A stretch of 63,061 nt of DNA, filler included, from Klebsormidium nitens (taxonomy: Eukaryota; Plantae; Klebsormidiophyceae), in assembly GCA_000708835.1 (NCBI GenBank). It is 9 parts of 9 records of this genome, joined end to end, with 100 filler letters (N's around TTAATTAATTAA, not from the genome) between each part and the next. Parts side by side here need not be neighbours in the genome. Positions count along the whole stretch, not along the records: positions 19,229 to 34,201 come from DF238026.1; positions 34,302 to 38,596 come from DF238536.1; 7 more parts are not named here. The stretch is one strand, 5' to 3'. The position numbers and the translations under genes were made by a program. Shown here piece by piece: positions 23,901 to 36,336 of this stretch (the stretch's first letter is position 1; each line of letters begins with the position of its first letter). The notes under the pieces were generated by a model. The model saw nothing but the letters and a program-made list of their open reading frames with translations, ran no database searches and was not told where the DNA came from.

Positions 23901-25952
23901 GCTGGGGTTAGCAGGGATCCCCTCCACTCTTTCAAGGAACGCGGAAAGATTCCTTGTGACCCGCCTCAAACTTGAAGAAGCCATCCTCATGGTGATCTTC
24001 AAGAGATATTCAAAAGAAGCTGCCAACAGAAGAAATGGATCTTTGAAGGTGTCTATGTAGCCTGCATCATTGAGACCTGAAATTACAAAATCGCTCGAAC
24101 GATCTTTTGCCATCCAACACCGTCTCGCTTTCGACGGTGCGTTTTACTGAGTGCCTTGCCACGTAAGACGTCATGTATGAGCGCCCGTTTCTTGGCCCAG
24201 CTGTTGTGCAAAGGCAGGATGTGCCGGTTTAACTAGGACTACACTGTAACCTGCTGCATACGACGTTTCCTGGGAACCGGCAGAGGGATTCGCAAAGCAG
24301 TTTCCGGTGTCGAACGTCCGATTTACTCGCCAGGTATTTGAATTTTGACCAGATTGCAATCAGCAGGGTGGCGCCAGGAAGTTCGGTCCTATGCAGCACA
24401 TCATCCGAGAACCAGTGCGTGAAACTGTGGCTGGACGCAGAGGGAGATGACGCTGCCGACTCGGCAATGGACGCTGAGGAGAATGCAAATCCTCTGAAAG
24501 GTGCACACACTACCATGAAAGAGCTTGGCCTTCTCCAGCAACTATATGCGTGCACCACCCTCAGATCACATCTCTAGAGAGCAAGGTTTGCAATTGAGAC
24601 CTGCGACCCTGGCAGTATCCCAGCTAGTTGAGCCGTTTGGTGACGGACCATTGCTGACACATACTGTGAACTGAAGCAGGTCGCTTGCGTTTTTCTTGGA
24701 ACCAATACTTCTAAAGAAACCCAAACAATCAGAGGCACTGGCGTGGAACATCGTGGCTGCCCATGGGGCGTCCTTTGGTAAGCTGCCGGCATTGCTCCGC
24801 AATCTGCAGAGAGCCGCTATTTCATTTTCGTCTGCCCTGCCCTTGAATGCTCTCACAAGTTCACCAGGTCTTCTTCCTTTTACTGGGCCAGGAATGGGGC
24901 GCCGGAGTACAGCTGCAAACAACTTGCAGCTGCCGCTAGTTTTCCAGCCCCGTACGACTTTGCAGGAACTAAGGATTCACACCAAGCTGCATTCGATTCT
25001 TCTCAGCCTATTGGGCCTTGAAGGGATTTGTACTCGATTCTTTTCCAAGGAATTGGAAACATAAGCTTGTAGCAGGCAGTCAGTACCGCCAGCAGCGTAG
25101 AGCAGGCCCGACCAAAGTCTAAAGAGGGGAAGCTTTGTAAGTAAAAGCAGTAGATGTCAGTCCTTCAGCTGGCACCTACAGTCAACTCGGACAGAGTGAA
25201 GCCTCGGAGCTCAATAGTGGCAGCAGCAACGAGTCCCCACTTTCCCTGCTCCTCACTTCCCCTGCTGCCAGGGATGACCTCACCACGGACATCACCAACA
25301 AAACAAGCTACCAAACTTTCCTTGACACTCCTCCCGTATCCTCGCACCCCACGAACCTTCTGCGCTTGCTAAGCTGTGCGGCAAAAGCGTCCCTGACTGG
25401 CTATTAAGAAGGGCGGAAGACCCGGGGTATGGGGCACCCACAGGGGTCCAACAGAGGCGCTTCCGCGAGCTCTCAAGGGGCAGGACTGCATCATCCATGC
25501 AGAGACGGGGCCGAGGAAGATGCTCCCTTATTTGCTACCTGTGCTGTAGGGTATAGATCCGCAGCGATCGGCTCTGCAGGCAGTTGTTGTGGTGCCGACC
25601 AGGGAGCTGGGGATTCAGGTCAGTGCTTAACCGCCCGCAGCGAGCGTTGGGTTACGTTGAAAGGGCCGCTTCAGTGAGGGCCTTTGCTGTCAGGGTTGCA
25701 GGCAGTTGTGGTCGTCATGGTCAGAAAGTGCGACGTCAGGCTGTTGTTTGCATGTAGCACTCAGGGCCCTCTCACGGCTTTGCCCGATAAGGCCAAGGGT
25801 TGACGAAAGGTTGCGCTCTAGAGTAGGTTCGACAAAAGGGGTCTTGCATGGTGCTTGTTGCGCTGGTGGTGGCGGTCGAACAGAGGGATTACTATCATGG
25901 TCACAGAATTTTTCCTTCAATCAAGTAGAAGCTTCGGGGTTTTGTCATGCAG

Positions 25953-26153
25953 TTGACCGTTTCTCGGGAGATGTGTGGAGAGTTCCGGTGTCTTTCAAGA
26001 AGCTGGGCAAGATTTTTCTTCCTGGGCTTCTTGCGTTGAATGTCTTCTTCTTTCTGTTGTTGTGTACCAGAAGCGTTTTGGAGACAAGCTTACTTGGTGT
26101 GCGCTCATCAACCATCTCTGATAATGACAGGTGGCACAAGTGGCCCGCCAGCT
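25953..26153 (+). repeat. Near-identical inverted copy of 19231-19437
   Basis: About 200 bp with 2 substitutions and one 6-bp indel (CTCAAC). Similarity begins exactly after a TGCAG acceptor in both copies. Confidence 0.9.
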
Positions 26154-29003
26154 TGCAGGCAAAGGAGTAAGACCAGGTGGCCGACGAGGAGGCTGCCAAC
26201 ACGAAGAAGCTCAAGTGTGGGAGAATCCAGGTCATGGCGTTGCTGGACAGGTGAGCCCCTATTTCCTTAGCATCCCTCAATTAGGGATGCCACAAAGTTC
26301 GATCAATGTCCACGGTCAAAAAACTGGGTGGAACATTTGCAATTAGTCGCATGCAAAAAGCTTGGTCGGAAGAAAGGCTCGGCAGCTTTACGTATCGGGG
26401 AAACAGATGCTTAAGAAATACCGTGTAGAAAACAACGCTCGTCCAACACTCCTTATTAATCTCGTCAATGGAGTAGATCCTGAAGTGTGCGTCAGAGCAA
26501 TCGTAAGGGGTTGGGCAATGCGCAGATCTGCTCTTCGTGACAGCGCTTTATCAACTGCGAAAAGTGTCCATTGCAGCCCCCTTTCCTGATATTCGCAACG
26601 TTTCTTGCATCAAACCGTTCGGGTAGTCAAGAACGTGCTTCATGTTGATACTTGTCATTTTTATCCAGCGGCAAGCAATATCTGGAAGAACTCCGAAGGG
26701 CATTCTTCTCTATATCTATGACGTGGGTGGTCTGTAGCACCGAACACTTCCTGCGTGCCTTTCCAAACACAGCGCCTCTCCTGCTGAAGGGGCATAAGCA
26801 GCTCCTTCCAATCTGTGACACAGTCTGAATTGTGATTACGAAGGCCATTAAAAGTGACAATCTTAACTCCGACGAAGACCAATACATTGTCACAAGCTGG
26901 TAAAACCTTCTGCGCCGCAGGCAGGCCCCCCTCATCTGGTTGTCGGGACCCCCCCCCGGATCCATCAGATGATCGAATACAGGAACCTGCGCATGAATGG
27001 GCTAACTTCTTCANNNNNNNNNNNNNNNNNNNNGGGTGAGTGCCTGGGGAATAGAAACTAGGTGTTCGTCTCTCTGCTCGTTGGCAATTACATCATCGTT
27101 TACGAATTCTGCGGGTAAACCTTGTCTAGCTCCGAACGTACTGTGGAAAGCAGCCGCTGGAAGAATCAGTGCTTTCTCGGAAACGGTTGCCTGCCTTTTG
27201 TGCCGACTCAGAAGATGAATCTGTTAGCTGGTCTACGAATCCTCCTTTTCAGAGCGTTCCAGGGAGAGCAAGAGGAATCCGATTATCCGGGTTCCTCCAA
27301 GAATCTCCCGTTCAGAAGCCCACACGTGGCAGAAGTCCCCAACTTTGCAGCAAACCCGTAATGTGACAGGCTAATCCAGCCCGTGAAACATTTTGGAGCA
27401 CGACTTAGTGCACGTCACATGACCCGAACAGCAGGTGCCTTTGGGTTCACCGGTCCCTGGTGAGCGGGCTTCAAAATTGGCAAGATTCTGTTGGCTTCCT
27501 TCAGTCTGCTTTGCATAGAGGGCAAGCGGGCTGTGTTTGTACCTCTTTGAATGTGCCCTCAAAAGCTGCGACGTGGCTTACTCTGATTTGAAAGTCTGAA
27601 AGTAATTTTGCAACGAGCAGGCGTGGTCGAGACTGCCAACCTGATGGGCCGCTTTACCAATACCGTTTGCAGATTACTAGTAGAATTTACTTTGTTTACA
27701 TTTACTCGGAAAGGCTTCGATTCACATGATGCTAATTGCGAATCTCTGCAGGGGGTCGAATAGCTCTCACCTCAGAATTGCCGCTTTTGAACATTTTGAC
27801 GAGAATCCAAGTAACCGAGAGATATATAACCCGTCGTGAATATGTATTCGCTTGACCGTCTTCTGCTCGCCGCTGTCAGCTTCATTCACTGAATACAGAT
27901 CAAGCGCCGGAGCGAAAGCCGCCAGCAGAAGCGCGCTAAGAGTGGAGCTTCCGCTGGACTTGGCCATTGAGCTGACATTGGTTTTCTCGGGATGCAATAT
28001 TTGACATGTTCGCCTATCATCGTATGAAACTAAAGTTCGTTGGGAGCGGCTGTGGGTGCTCGACGGACGCAACTCTATGACACGTCATTCTCTTTAGAAG
28101 CCACTTGTTTGCTCACGCATTTTGTTAATAGACCGAGCGCAAAATGCGCACGGGCGAGAACCCCTCGGTGGAGGCTGTTGCGGAGGCGCCAAGAGAGGCG
28201 TACGTCGCGGCTCCTACTCACGAGACGTCATTAGCTTTGGAGTCCGCATTTGTGCTGACGTCACTTGCTCGACAGGACGGAGCGCAACAAGCTCACCTCG
28301 CGGAGGGGGTGAGCGAGGAACAGCCCGAGGCCCTCCTGCCGTTCCTCCTGTTGCGGGGAGAACGCGGCGCGCAAAAGCGGCAAGCAAAGTGCAGGTGCGC
28401 GCAGCCCCTCGCTCTCAATATAGCTTCCAATCGTTCTCGTTTCTATTTCATTTCAGAGTAGCGGTGCTCCAGAGTAGTGTTCAGAGAAATGCTGGGTTTT
28501 GAGGGGGTATATTTACCGCTCTTGCGGGCATCGAAAGAAGCATCTGTTTGCAGACTCGCTGGGACCGCCATAGCGGCGCCTTGACTGATTGATCTGCTCG
28601 GTAGGACCGATTCTCGGAGGGCCTCTTTATGGTAGTCTTTGAGGAAAGAAGACTTACTTATCCTGTGAGTATTCAAGCAAGCTGAACCTACAGCTCCGCA
28701 TCCTTTTCTGCACTCGTATCAGCTGTGCGCGTCCTCTTTTCACTCACATGGAGATACGGCGTGCGTAAGGACACACGTCAGATCCGGACTCTCGTGAGAC
28801 GACAGCCGAACCTTCTCATTCGCTTCTGAAGCCTGTCGGAAACGTTTGGAAGTCTGGCGCTCTTTCTGAGCTGAAGAAACTTGACCTTCGACCGACTGAA
28901 CTTCACAGGTCGCTTTCGTTTCAGTTCACGTCGAAAAAAAACCCGAACAGGATTGTCATACCCTGCAGGAGTCATCTTAACAAACCTGTGCACACCTTTG
29001 CAG

Positions 29004-30450
29004 GCTCGCTCGGAGCAGCGGCTCTGAACGCAGCACTCGAGCGCAGTGCGGCCGGCAGCGAGCCGTTCCGCCTTATCATTTGGCAGTGGAAGCACTAGTA
29101 CCACAAGAAGCTGGCGCGGACGAAGGAAAAGCAGCACAACCTCCTGCTTTACCGGAAGTTTTCAATGAATGGCTGTGGGTTTTCGGGATTGACCACGTAG
29201 CTCTTTGTACAGGTGTTTCGATTCTGCAGTGCACACGGTCTGTTGGTTGGGGACATATATAAGGGGAGCTTCAGCGGGTGAGAATCAAGTTTCACCACAT
29301 ACTTGCTGTCAGGCGGTTCACCGGAACTTTTGGACTTTCGCAAGGGCCTGCCTGACCTACGAGCTCGCGGCCCCGGTTCATTTCACGTGATAAGTCCCGC
29401 GCTCGTCCCTTTCAAGGACGAGTCTATGAAAGCAGGCCGCTGACACAATTTCGATCTGTGCCGGCGCCAAACTTACGCCGTTCGGTTCCCCGGTCATTCC
29501 GGCCTCCAACGGCTCAGCCTTCTTCAGCGCAGTTGTGCTTGATAGGCGGCGTTCAACGCAATGAAGAGCCCCATCGGGACGCTGTCTAGGTCTCGGCTGA
29601 CACTCTTATCTCGCCCTCCAGCCGACCGCATGGACCTGGCGTATCGCGGGGCAAACCTGGTCGTGGGGCGCGCGGGGGCACTGCTCGTTACCGGGACCCC
29701 GTCGCTGCTGGTAAACTTCGCTTTCCTGATGCAAGCCTCCTCGCCTTCGAGAGTACTCGCGCACGTTGAGGTCGTCAAAGTGCTGGCAGCACTCCAGACA
29801 TTCGTCTTGACAAATTTTTCAGAGATTGCCCGGTGAATCGGGCGCTTCCTTTGTTCCGCTTCCTTATCTTGGGAGCAAGGACGCTCCGCTGACGGACCCT
29901 CCTTTCTAGCGGTGTATTTCAAGAGTGTGAGTGAAGGGTACGAGCGATTGGAATCTGCTTGCTCTATTTGTGGCGCGCATCCTTCGATTGCACCTTTTGG
30001 CAGATGTTCCCTTCTTCTTCAGATATCGATTACGCCGTCAAAACGGAGAGTACAAGATCCTCAAAATGCGCTTTGCTACTATAGAGTAATGTTGACCGTG
30101 AGCGCCCTCATTTCAGTTGCGAAACGGTTTCTTGTTTCCGTCTCGCGACTCACGTGGCCGTAAGTGTCCTTTTTCGCCGCGCACAGATCCCCTCTCCAAA
30201 TGTAGCGCTGTCGATGGATTCGGACGGGGCAGCGGATCTTATGGAGGAAAGACAGCTGCCGCCGGAATCCTTACTTGAAGATGTTGAACGCCTCTTAGGC
30301 GACCGGCAACGTTCTGAAACTATGCGCAGTCGAGCGCTTGCAGCCGCCAAGCCAAACGCCTCGAGAGACATTGCGCTCGCCGTCATTGGAGTAGCTAGCT
30401 TGCGCGGAAAGAAGCGCCCAGCGCTTGGTCTGGGCATCGGGACGAGTTAG
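29004..30450 (+). pseudogene. murG: Intron-containing MurG (GT28 C-terminal half) relic; exons ~29004-29155, 29622-29710, 30187-30450
   Basis: GSLGAAALNAALE...IIWQ, then DRMDLAYRGANLVVGRAGAL/LVTGTPSLL|IPSPNVA/LSMDSDGAADLMEERQLPPESLLEDVERLLGDRQRSETMRSRALAAAKPNASRDIA. There is an in-frame TAG at ~29090 and in-frame deletions of the TxxE and ExHQxxNA segments. Confidence 0.85.
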
Positions 30451-31624
30451 AAAGATTAGGCTGCCAGTTGCCAAACGAATGCTTGCGACGTATTGAACTA
30501 GAATACTGCAGAATACTTGACAGAGAATGTTGGATTGTCTCAGGACACTATTATTTTCATGCAATCCCCGCGAGAGCGGGACGCCGGAAGAGTACGCTTC
30601 TGACGCAAAAGCGACTTTTCGGATATGGGTATGTTCAATGAAGTGCCACGGTAAGTCAACATGACTGGTAATGTGGGAATGATATATGTGCGACCTTCCT
30701 GGTCATGCACACTTACTGAGAGCCAGAGCGCCATGAACTGGTATCGTAGACCCTATACAAACTTCGCCCGTGGTCGATCAATAGCTCGACACGTGGACAG
30801 CCGATGCCATCGCATGCCCGGGACATGCCACACACATGAATCCCAGAGGCATCTTGGTCTGTAATTGACAAGGAGCGTTTACAATCAATCATGCAGGAGC
30901 TATTATAGAGGACAATCGAATAAATATTGGGGACATTTAGTGCAGCAAAAATCTGTCGAGGACATGAGGTTCATAAAAACTGGTACGTCAGCGTAGGCGT
31001 GATCATATCCAAGCAATAACATGACGACGATATGAACTGGCTACAGCTACTGGATTTACATCATTCGAAACCGAGACTCAGCCAAATATACCATGGTTGC
31101 CTGGCGCATGCCACATAGCAAGCTCAAAGGCACGCGAACGCGGCGATCGAGATCAGCCATTAATACAAGCCAGTAGTATACGGTACTTCGATCGGGTGTG
31201 AGGAGAACGGCAGCAATCATCGGCGTTTGTGAGTGACTCTGCCAGCTCATTTATTGACTATAATCATGTACATTCTTATGGCGAACCTACCGGCAAAGTC
31301 CGAACCTTCTCATACTGCTGGATTTCCGACCCGTAGCTGGCAAGCATGGATATCCAGGTTTGAAAAGTATTCCCCCTCCTATTATATTGTTTCCAGCAAT
31401 TCGGATTTTTTATAATGTGGAAGCACTTGACACGACTCTGACAAGACTAGCTAAGAAACAAGTAAAAGTCCTCTCTATTTAAATTTACAATACAATGGGG
31501 TCGGGCGCTCTCAAAATATATTTTCAGTTAAAGAACGCACTAGCGCATAACTTTGGCAGCTCCGATGTCCCCAGAGCGGCAAAGGGACGGCACGGCTCGC
31601 ACGGGCACCCGACATGACGACTGC

Positions 31625-34091
31625 TCACGCCTGGTCCTGAGCTGCTTCGGCGCCGAACGCTCGAAGCAAGTCCGCGAAATCCGCCTCGTCCACATCCTCA
31701 ATGTTTGGCAGATTGCAGATGAACAATGGATCGAAAGCCAGGGCGTCAGGCGACGCCATTGTGTCGTCGTTCGAAACCATGTTGGGCACGGGGTTCGCAG
31801 CAGGCGTCTGCATTATGGAACCAGGACGGAATCGTCAGAAACGGAGAAGACAGTCGTCAGCTTTCATTGAAGGACCGCCCAGGCCCAGAAGGGAATTTGT
31901 TAAGGCAACGGGTGCGAAGGACAATGAACTGTTAGTTTGGCGTGGGCTTGCTACACTTGCATACGCTGGTGGTCCTTTTACTGCCGGCCCCCCGCCGGTA
32001 ATTGTCCTTCCGCTTCGCTAGCGCTACCGGAAAGCTTGAAAAAGTTGACCCAGTAACTTCGAGGCTGCCGTGATTCGAATGGTGTAGGACGAGAGCTTGA
32101 TAAAGAGTAAATGTGAAGAGGTTTTGCGTTTGGCAAATCTATCACCTCGCTGGTTTGCCAGGCAGGATGAGGGTTGCAACCGAGGGCCGGATTTGAGGGA
32201 TGACCAGTTTTCGAAAAGGCATCTCGTCTGACAGGCCAAGATATCCTCACCGGGAATGCGGCCAGCATGTGGGCGAAGCACGCCTCGAGCCGTGCGCGCG
32301 TGGCGGTGTTGCAGGCGGCCGTCCCTGCCTCGACGAAGTACCCGTCCAGGTAGGCCTTCACCGTAAGGCACAGCGTACGATTGGCGGCGATGAGCGACAG
32401 CAAGAAATCCAGCGCCTCCCACAGACCTTTCTGCCCCAAGCTCTGCGAGCGCGTCACGCGGGGGAACAGGTCGCTCCATTTGATCTGCTCCACGAGGCAC
32501 GGGAAGGGCTGTCAGGTCGGAGATGGGGCACTGAAAGTGGACTGTGCGTTTTCAAGAAGCAAAAACAAGGATAACAAGGGTTCTTGGGGATTGGACTTCC
32601 CAAGTAATTTCTTGGGTGAGCTCTTTCCTAGGGGTTGACAGCCATCGTAACGCCATGACGAAAGGGATTGCTGCCTTTGAGATAGATTCTTTTGAGCCAC
32701 GGTCTTCACAAGAATCAAAAGGACACTGAGTAAAACCACCGGTACCATTACTGATCACCACACTGGTCACCATCTAGCCATATGTCATCGAGCGACTTCC
32801 TTCGTTTGCGGACATGACACAATCGAACTTTCACCCTTAAGGGACACAAGGTGCTCCTCTACACATGTTGATGGAGATGTGGATGCAGATAACTCAGAAT
32901 TCTTCTGCTCAGACAGGGTGCTTGGCGCTCAAAATGAAAAACTGAATATTACTCTGAGGAAGCTCATATCGAAATAATAAGCAAGCCTCATCCTGGAGTC
33001 TTTTAGAACAAGGTAATTAAGATTGAAAGATCCGGAGTCCCATAATATCAGACACTCGTGTCGACATCTACACTTTTCAACCATTCAAGTGTTTGTATTA
33101 CAAACAGGATAGCATACACTGGCAGTGATTCTCACACAGCCTTGCTTCATGGAGTCTCCAGCTAAAATAAAATGAGTCCCACCTTTCTGCACCTCTTGTT
33201 GGTCAAGGCGTCAATGCAGATGTATACGTTGACTCCATTGTACAGACCCACCGCCACACACTGCAGAGATAGGTTGTTGCTGACGCCTGCAGGGAAGATC
33301 TCTTCCGCGCGCTTCAATCTCCGAGTGGCTGGGTCAAAGACGGCGATGCGCCTGCAGCGGCATGAGAAGGTGAGCATATAACAGCCTTCTGTGTGCACAA
33401 AGTGGAGTCCTGTTCAAAGGATTCTCTGAATCACGCATGAGCTTTTCGCCCTGTGGCCCCACGTTTTCAAATAGTGCAAGTATCTAGAGGCTCCTTGCAG
33501 AAAGTAGGTGAGACTGTTGATAAATATAAGATTCATGTCTCTGTTCAAGACCACCATGAGAGACTTGAAACAACTCACAAAAAGCTGGCCAAGTTTCACT
33601 GAAGCTGCCTGATGTGAGCCGTGGTCGTAGACCAACTTCAGGTCTTCAGATACAGATATAAGTTGGGCCCACCTTAACCATAAGTTCCCCCCACCTCTGA
33701 ATCAACTTCAATTACTTGCAGGCTCTGTCGCATGACACCTTTGCTTGTCATCAAAAGATTGATTAAGCGACACGCGAAACAATCATGCTCACCCACCAGT
33801 GGTATGTGCGTGACTGAAAAGGGCCCAAAATGTAGACGGCTCATCTTGAGCCCCGTAGCGCCCCGCAATTGACATGCGGATCATGGAGTCAAAATTGGCT
33901 TACCCTTTCTGGTGAGCCTTCACTATGTCGTCCCGAGCTGCTGGTAGGTAGTGCCTCAGCTCCTCCTTGGTAAGACCAGCGTGCACGAGGGTCTCGATCA
34001 GAGTGCTCATCAGCAGGAGATCAAGGTCAGCAGCGTGAGCGCCTGCCATCCCTCTTGTCAGCAGTGAAATGAACGAGTCGCTTAGCAGCAA
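31625..34091 (-). CDS. Probable multi-exon uncharacterised gene (candidate exons near 33900-34090, 33240-33360, 32250-32490, 31625-31810)
   Basis: Several protein-like open stretches are bounded by CAG acceptors and GT donors. No domain was recognised and phases were not fully resolved. Confidence 0.3.
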
Positions 34092-34766
34092 TCCGAGCTC
34101 CGGGGCGAGCTAGAGTGGTGCTTATAGGCTGTTGATGTTGCAGGCTTCTGATGCTGAGCGTGAGCAATGCTGAGGTTGAGGAAAAGCGCACTTGAAAAAC
34201 CNNNNNNNNNNNNNNNNNNNNNNNNNNNNNNNNNNNNNNNNNNNNTTAATTAATTAANNNNNNNNNNNNNNNNNNNNNNNNNNNNNNNNNNNNNNNNNNN
34301 NCCATGCAAATCTCGTCACGTCATGTTGCCGTGACCACGCTTTCTGTCTCAACTTGTGAAGCTTATCGTGACAGCGTGTCGTTCTCTATGTGTGTGGCTA
34401 AGATAGCGTTCTTTGCTGTAGCTTCTCTATGCGGTTGAGACGTGACCAGTCTCGAGTCAGTCAACGGTGCGCTGTTGTCTGCTCTTCTCGACTGGGATCT
34501 CTTCTGCTACGGAGCTAGCAAGTCTTGCGGGGCAACCGCAAGGCGTATGAAAAGAGTCAAGTTTCTGCGACCAGCCTCTTCGTGAGTGGGAACACAGCAG
34601 ACAGAACTTGGAAGCATCAAGCAACACTTTTACAGAGAGGCGCTCTCACGTGTCTTCCTTGTCTGTGGGCTGCAAAGCTTGCCCATGGTTTCCGCACATG
34701 TGTAAGCAGACTGACAGCCGTAAGTGTATTCAGTCCAACGGCGTGCTAACTAGCCCCACCGTCACA

Positions 34767-36336
34767 CTCCCAGCAATTCTAACAGATACTGGACACAGAA
34801 GCTATGAGCACTGGAAGGATCCGGCTGATCACCAGTGGATTGGACGTCCACGGACGCCACCAGCAGATCCAAATCCAAATAGCTACAAGAATCCACATCC
34901 AGACTTTCAAACTGTGTTAAAAGCTGACCCACGCGGTTATGATTTTGGGTTCCATACCCTATCACCAAAGGAGCAGGCCATCCAGGTGGCCCAATTAGCA
35001 GCCATGACTCCTAGACCTACGGGGTCTAGTTCACCACCTCACACTAGTTCGCAGTCTGACACATCCAACATAAGTGAATCGGACAACAGTGCTGAAGTGC
35101 CCACCCTAGTTGCGGGCACTCCACCTGCTGACACTGGAAGTCCAACAGGACTCAGGCCCCAGGCCATCCAGTCAGAGAAGGCTGCTCGCGCAAGCATGAC
35201 AGACATTGTCAAGCTTGCTTCATGCACGAGCAGGCCTCAGGTCACATGTCAAGGCCATGCATTTGACAGCATGATTGACGAACAGGCATTGACTCTAGGA
35301 AACGTCGACTTGACAGTCCACTCCCAGCCANNNNNNNNNNNNNNNNNNNNCACACTAGCTCAAGCAAAAGCCGCAAAGCGTCAACAACACAAACGCAAAT
35401 TATCACCAAAAGCAACGGCTACAATCATTAAAAAGAAGGAACGCAAGCATACAGAGCGCAAATATTCACGCAAGCGCACTGAAACGCAACTTCTTCGACG
35501 AAACCCCGACATGCCATTGAGTTTTCGCCCAACCGAGGAAATCGAAAAATTTCGTTCCAAATGCGAGGGGGGAGGGAGACACAAATCCCATTAATTATAC
35601 CGAAAAATCTGAGACTTTCCGATCATTAGAAATTGCGAAAGCTGAAGAACAAAATATGCCATACCATGTTCCGGAAGATCAACAAAGAACTGAAGCGCAA
35701 CGTGCAAAAGATGAGGAAGAACGACGCTTACGAAGCATTAAGATGACAAAAGAACTAGAGGAATTGGATAAGCTCCCAGCAATTATAATAGATACTGGAC
35801 ACAGGAGCTACGAGTATTGGAAGGATCCGGCCGATCGCCAGTGGATTGGACGTCCACGGACGCCACCAGCAGATCCAAATCCAAATAGCTACAAGAATCC
35901 ACATCCAGACTTTCAAACTGTGTTAAAAGCTGACCCACGCGGTTATGATTTTGGGTTCCATACCCTATCACCAAAGGAGCAGGCCATCCAGGTGGCCCAA
36001 TTAGCAGCCATGACTCCTAGACCTACGGGGTCTAGTTCACCACCTCACACTGGTTCGCAGTCTGACACATCCAACATAAGTGAATCGAACAACAGTGCTG
36101 AAGTGCCCACCCTAGTTGCGGGCACTCCACCTGCTGACACTGGAAGTCCAACAGGACTCAGGCCCCAGGCCATCCAGTCCGAGAAGGCTGCTCGCGCAAG
36201 CCTAACAGACATTGTCAAGCTTGCTCCATGCACGAGCAGGCCTCAGGTCACATGTCAAGGCCATGCATTTGACAGCATGATTGACGAACAGGCATTGACT
36301 CTAGGAAACGTCGACTTGACAGTCGACTCCCAGCCA
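34767..36336 (+). repeat. ~564-bp direct duplication (34767-35330 and 35773-36336); a second duplication is 36338-36553 vs 36833-37047
   Basis: High identity with scattered substitutions. Offsets are 1006 and 495 bp. Both duplications straddle small N gaps. Confidence 0.9.
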
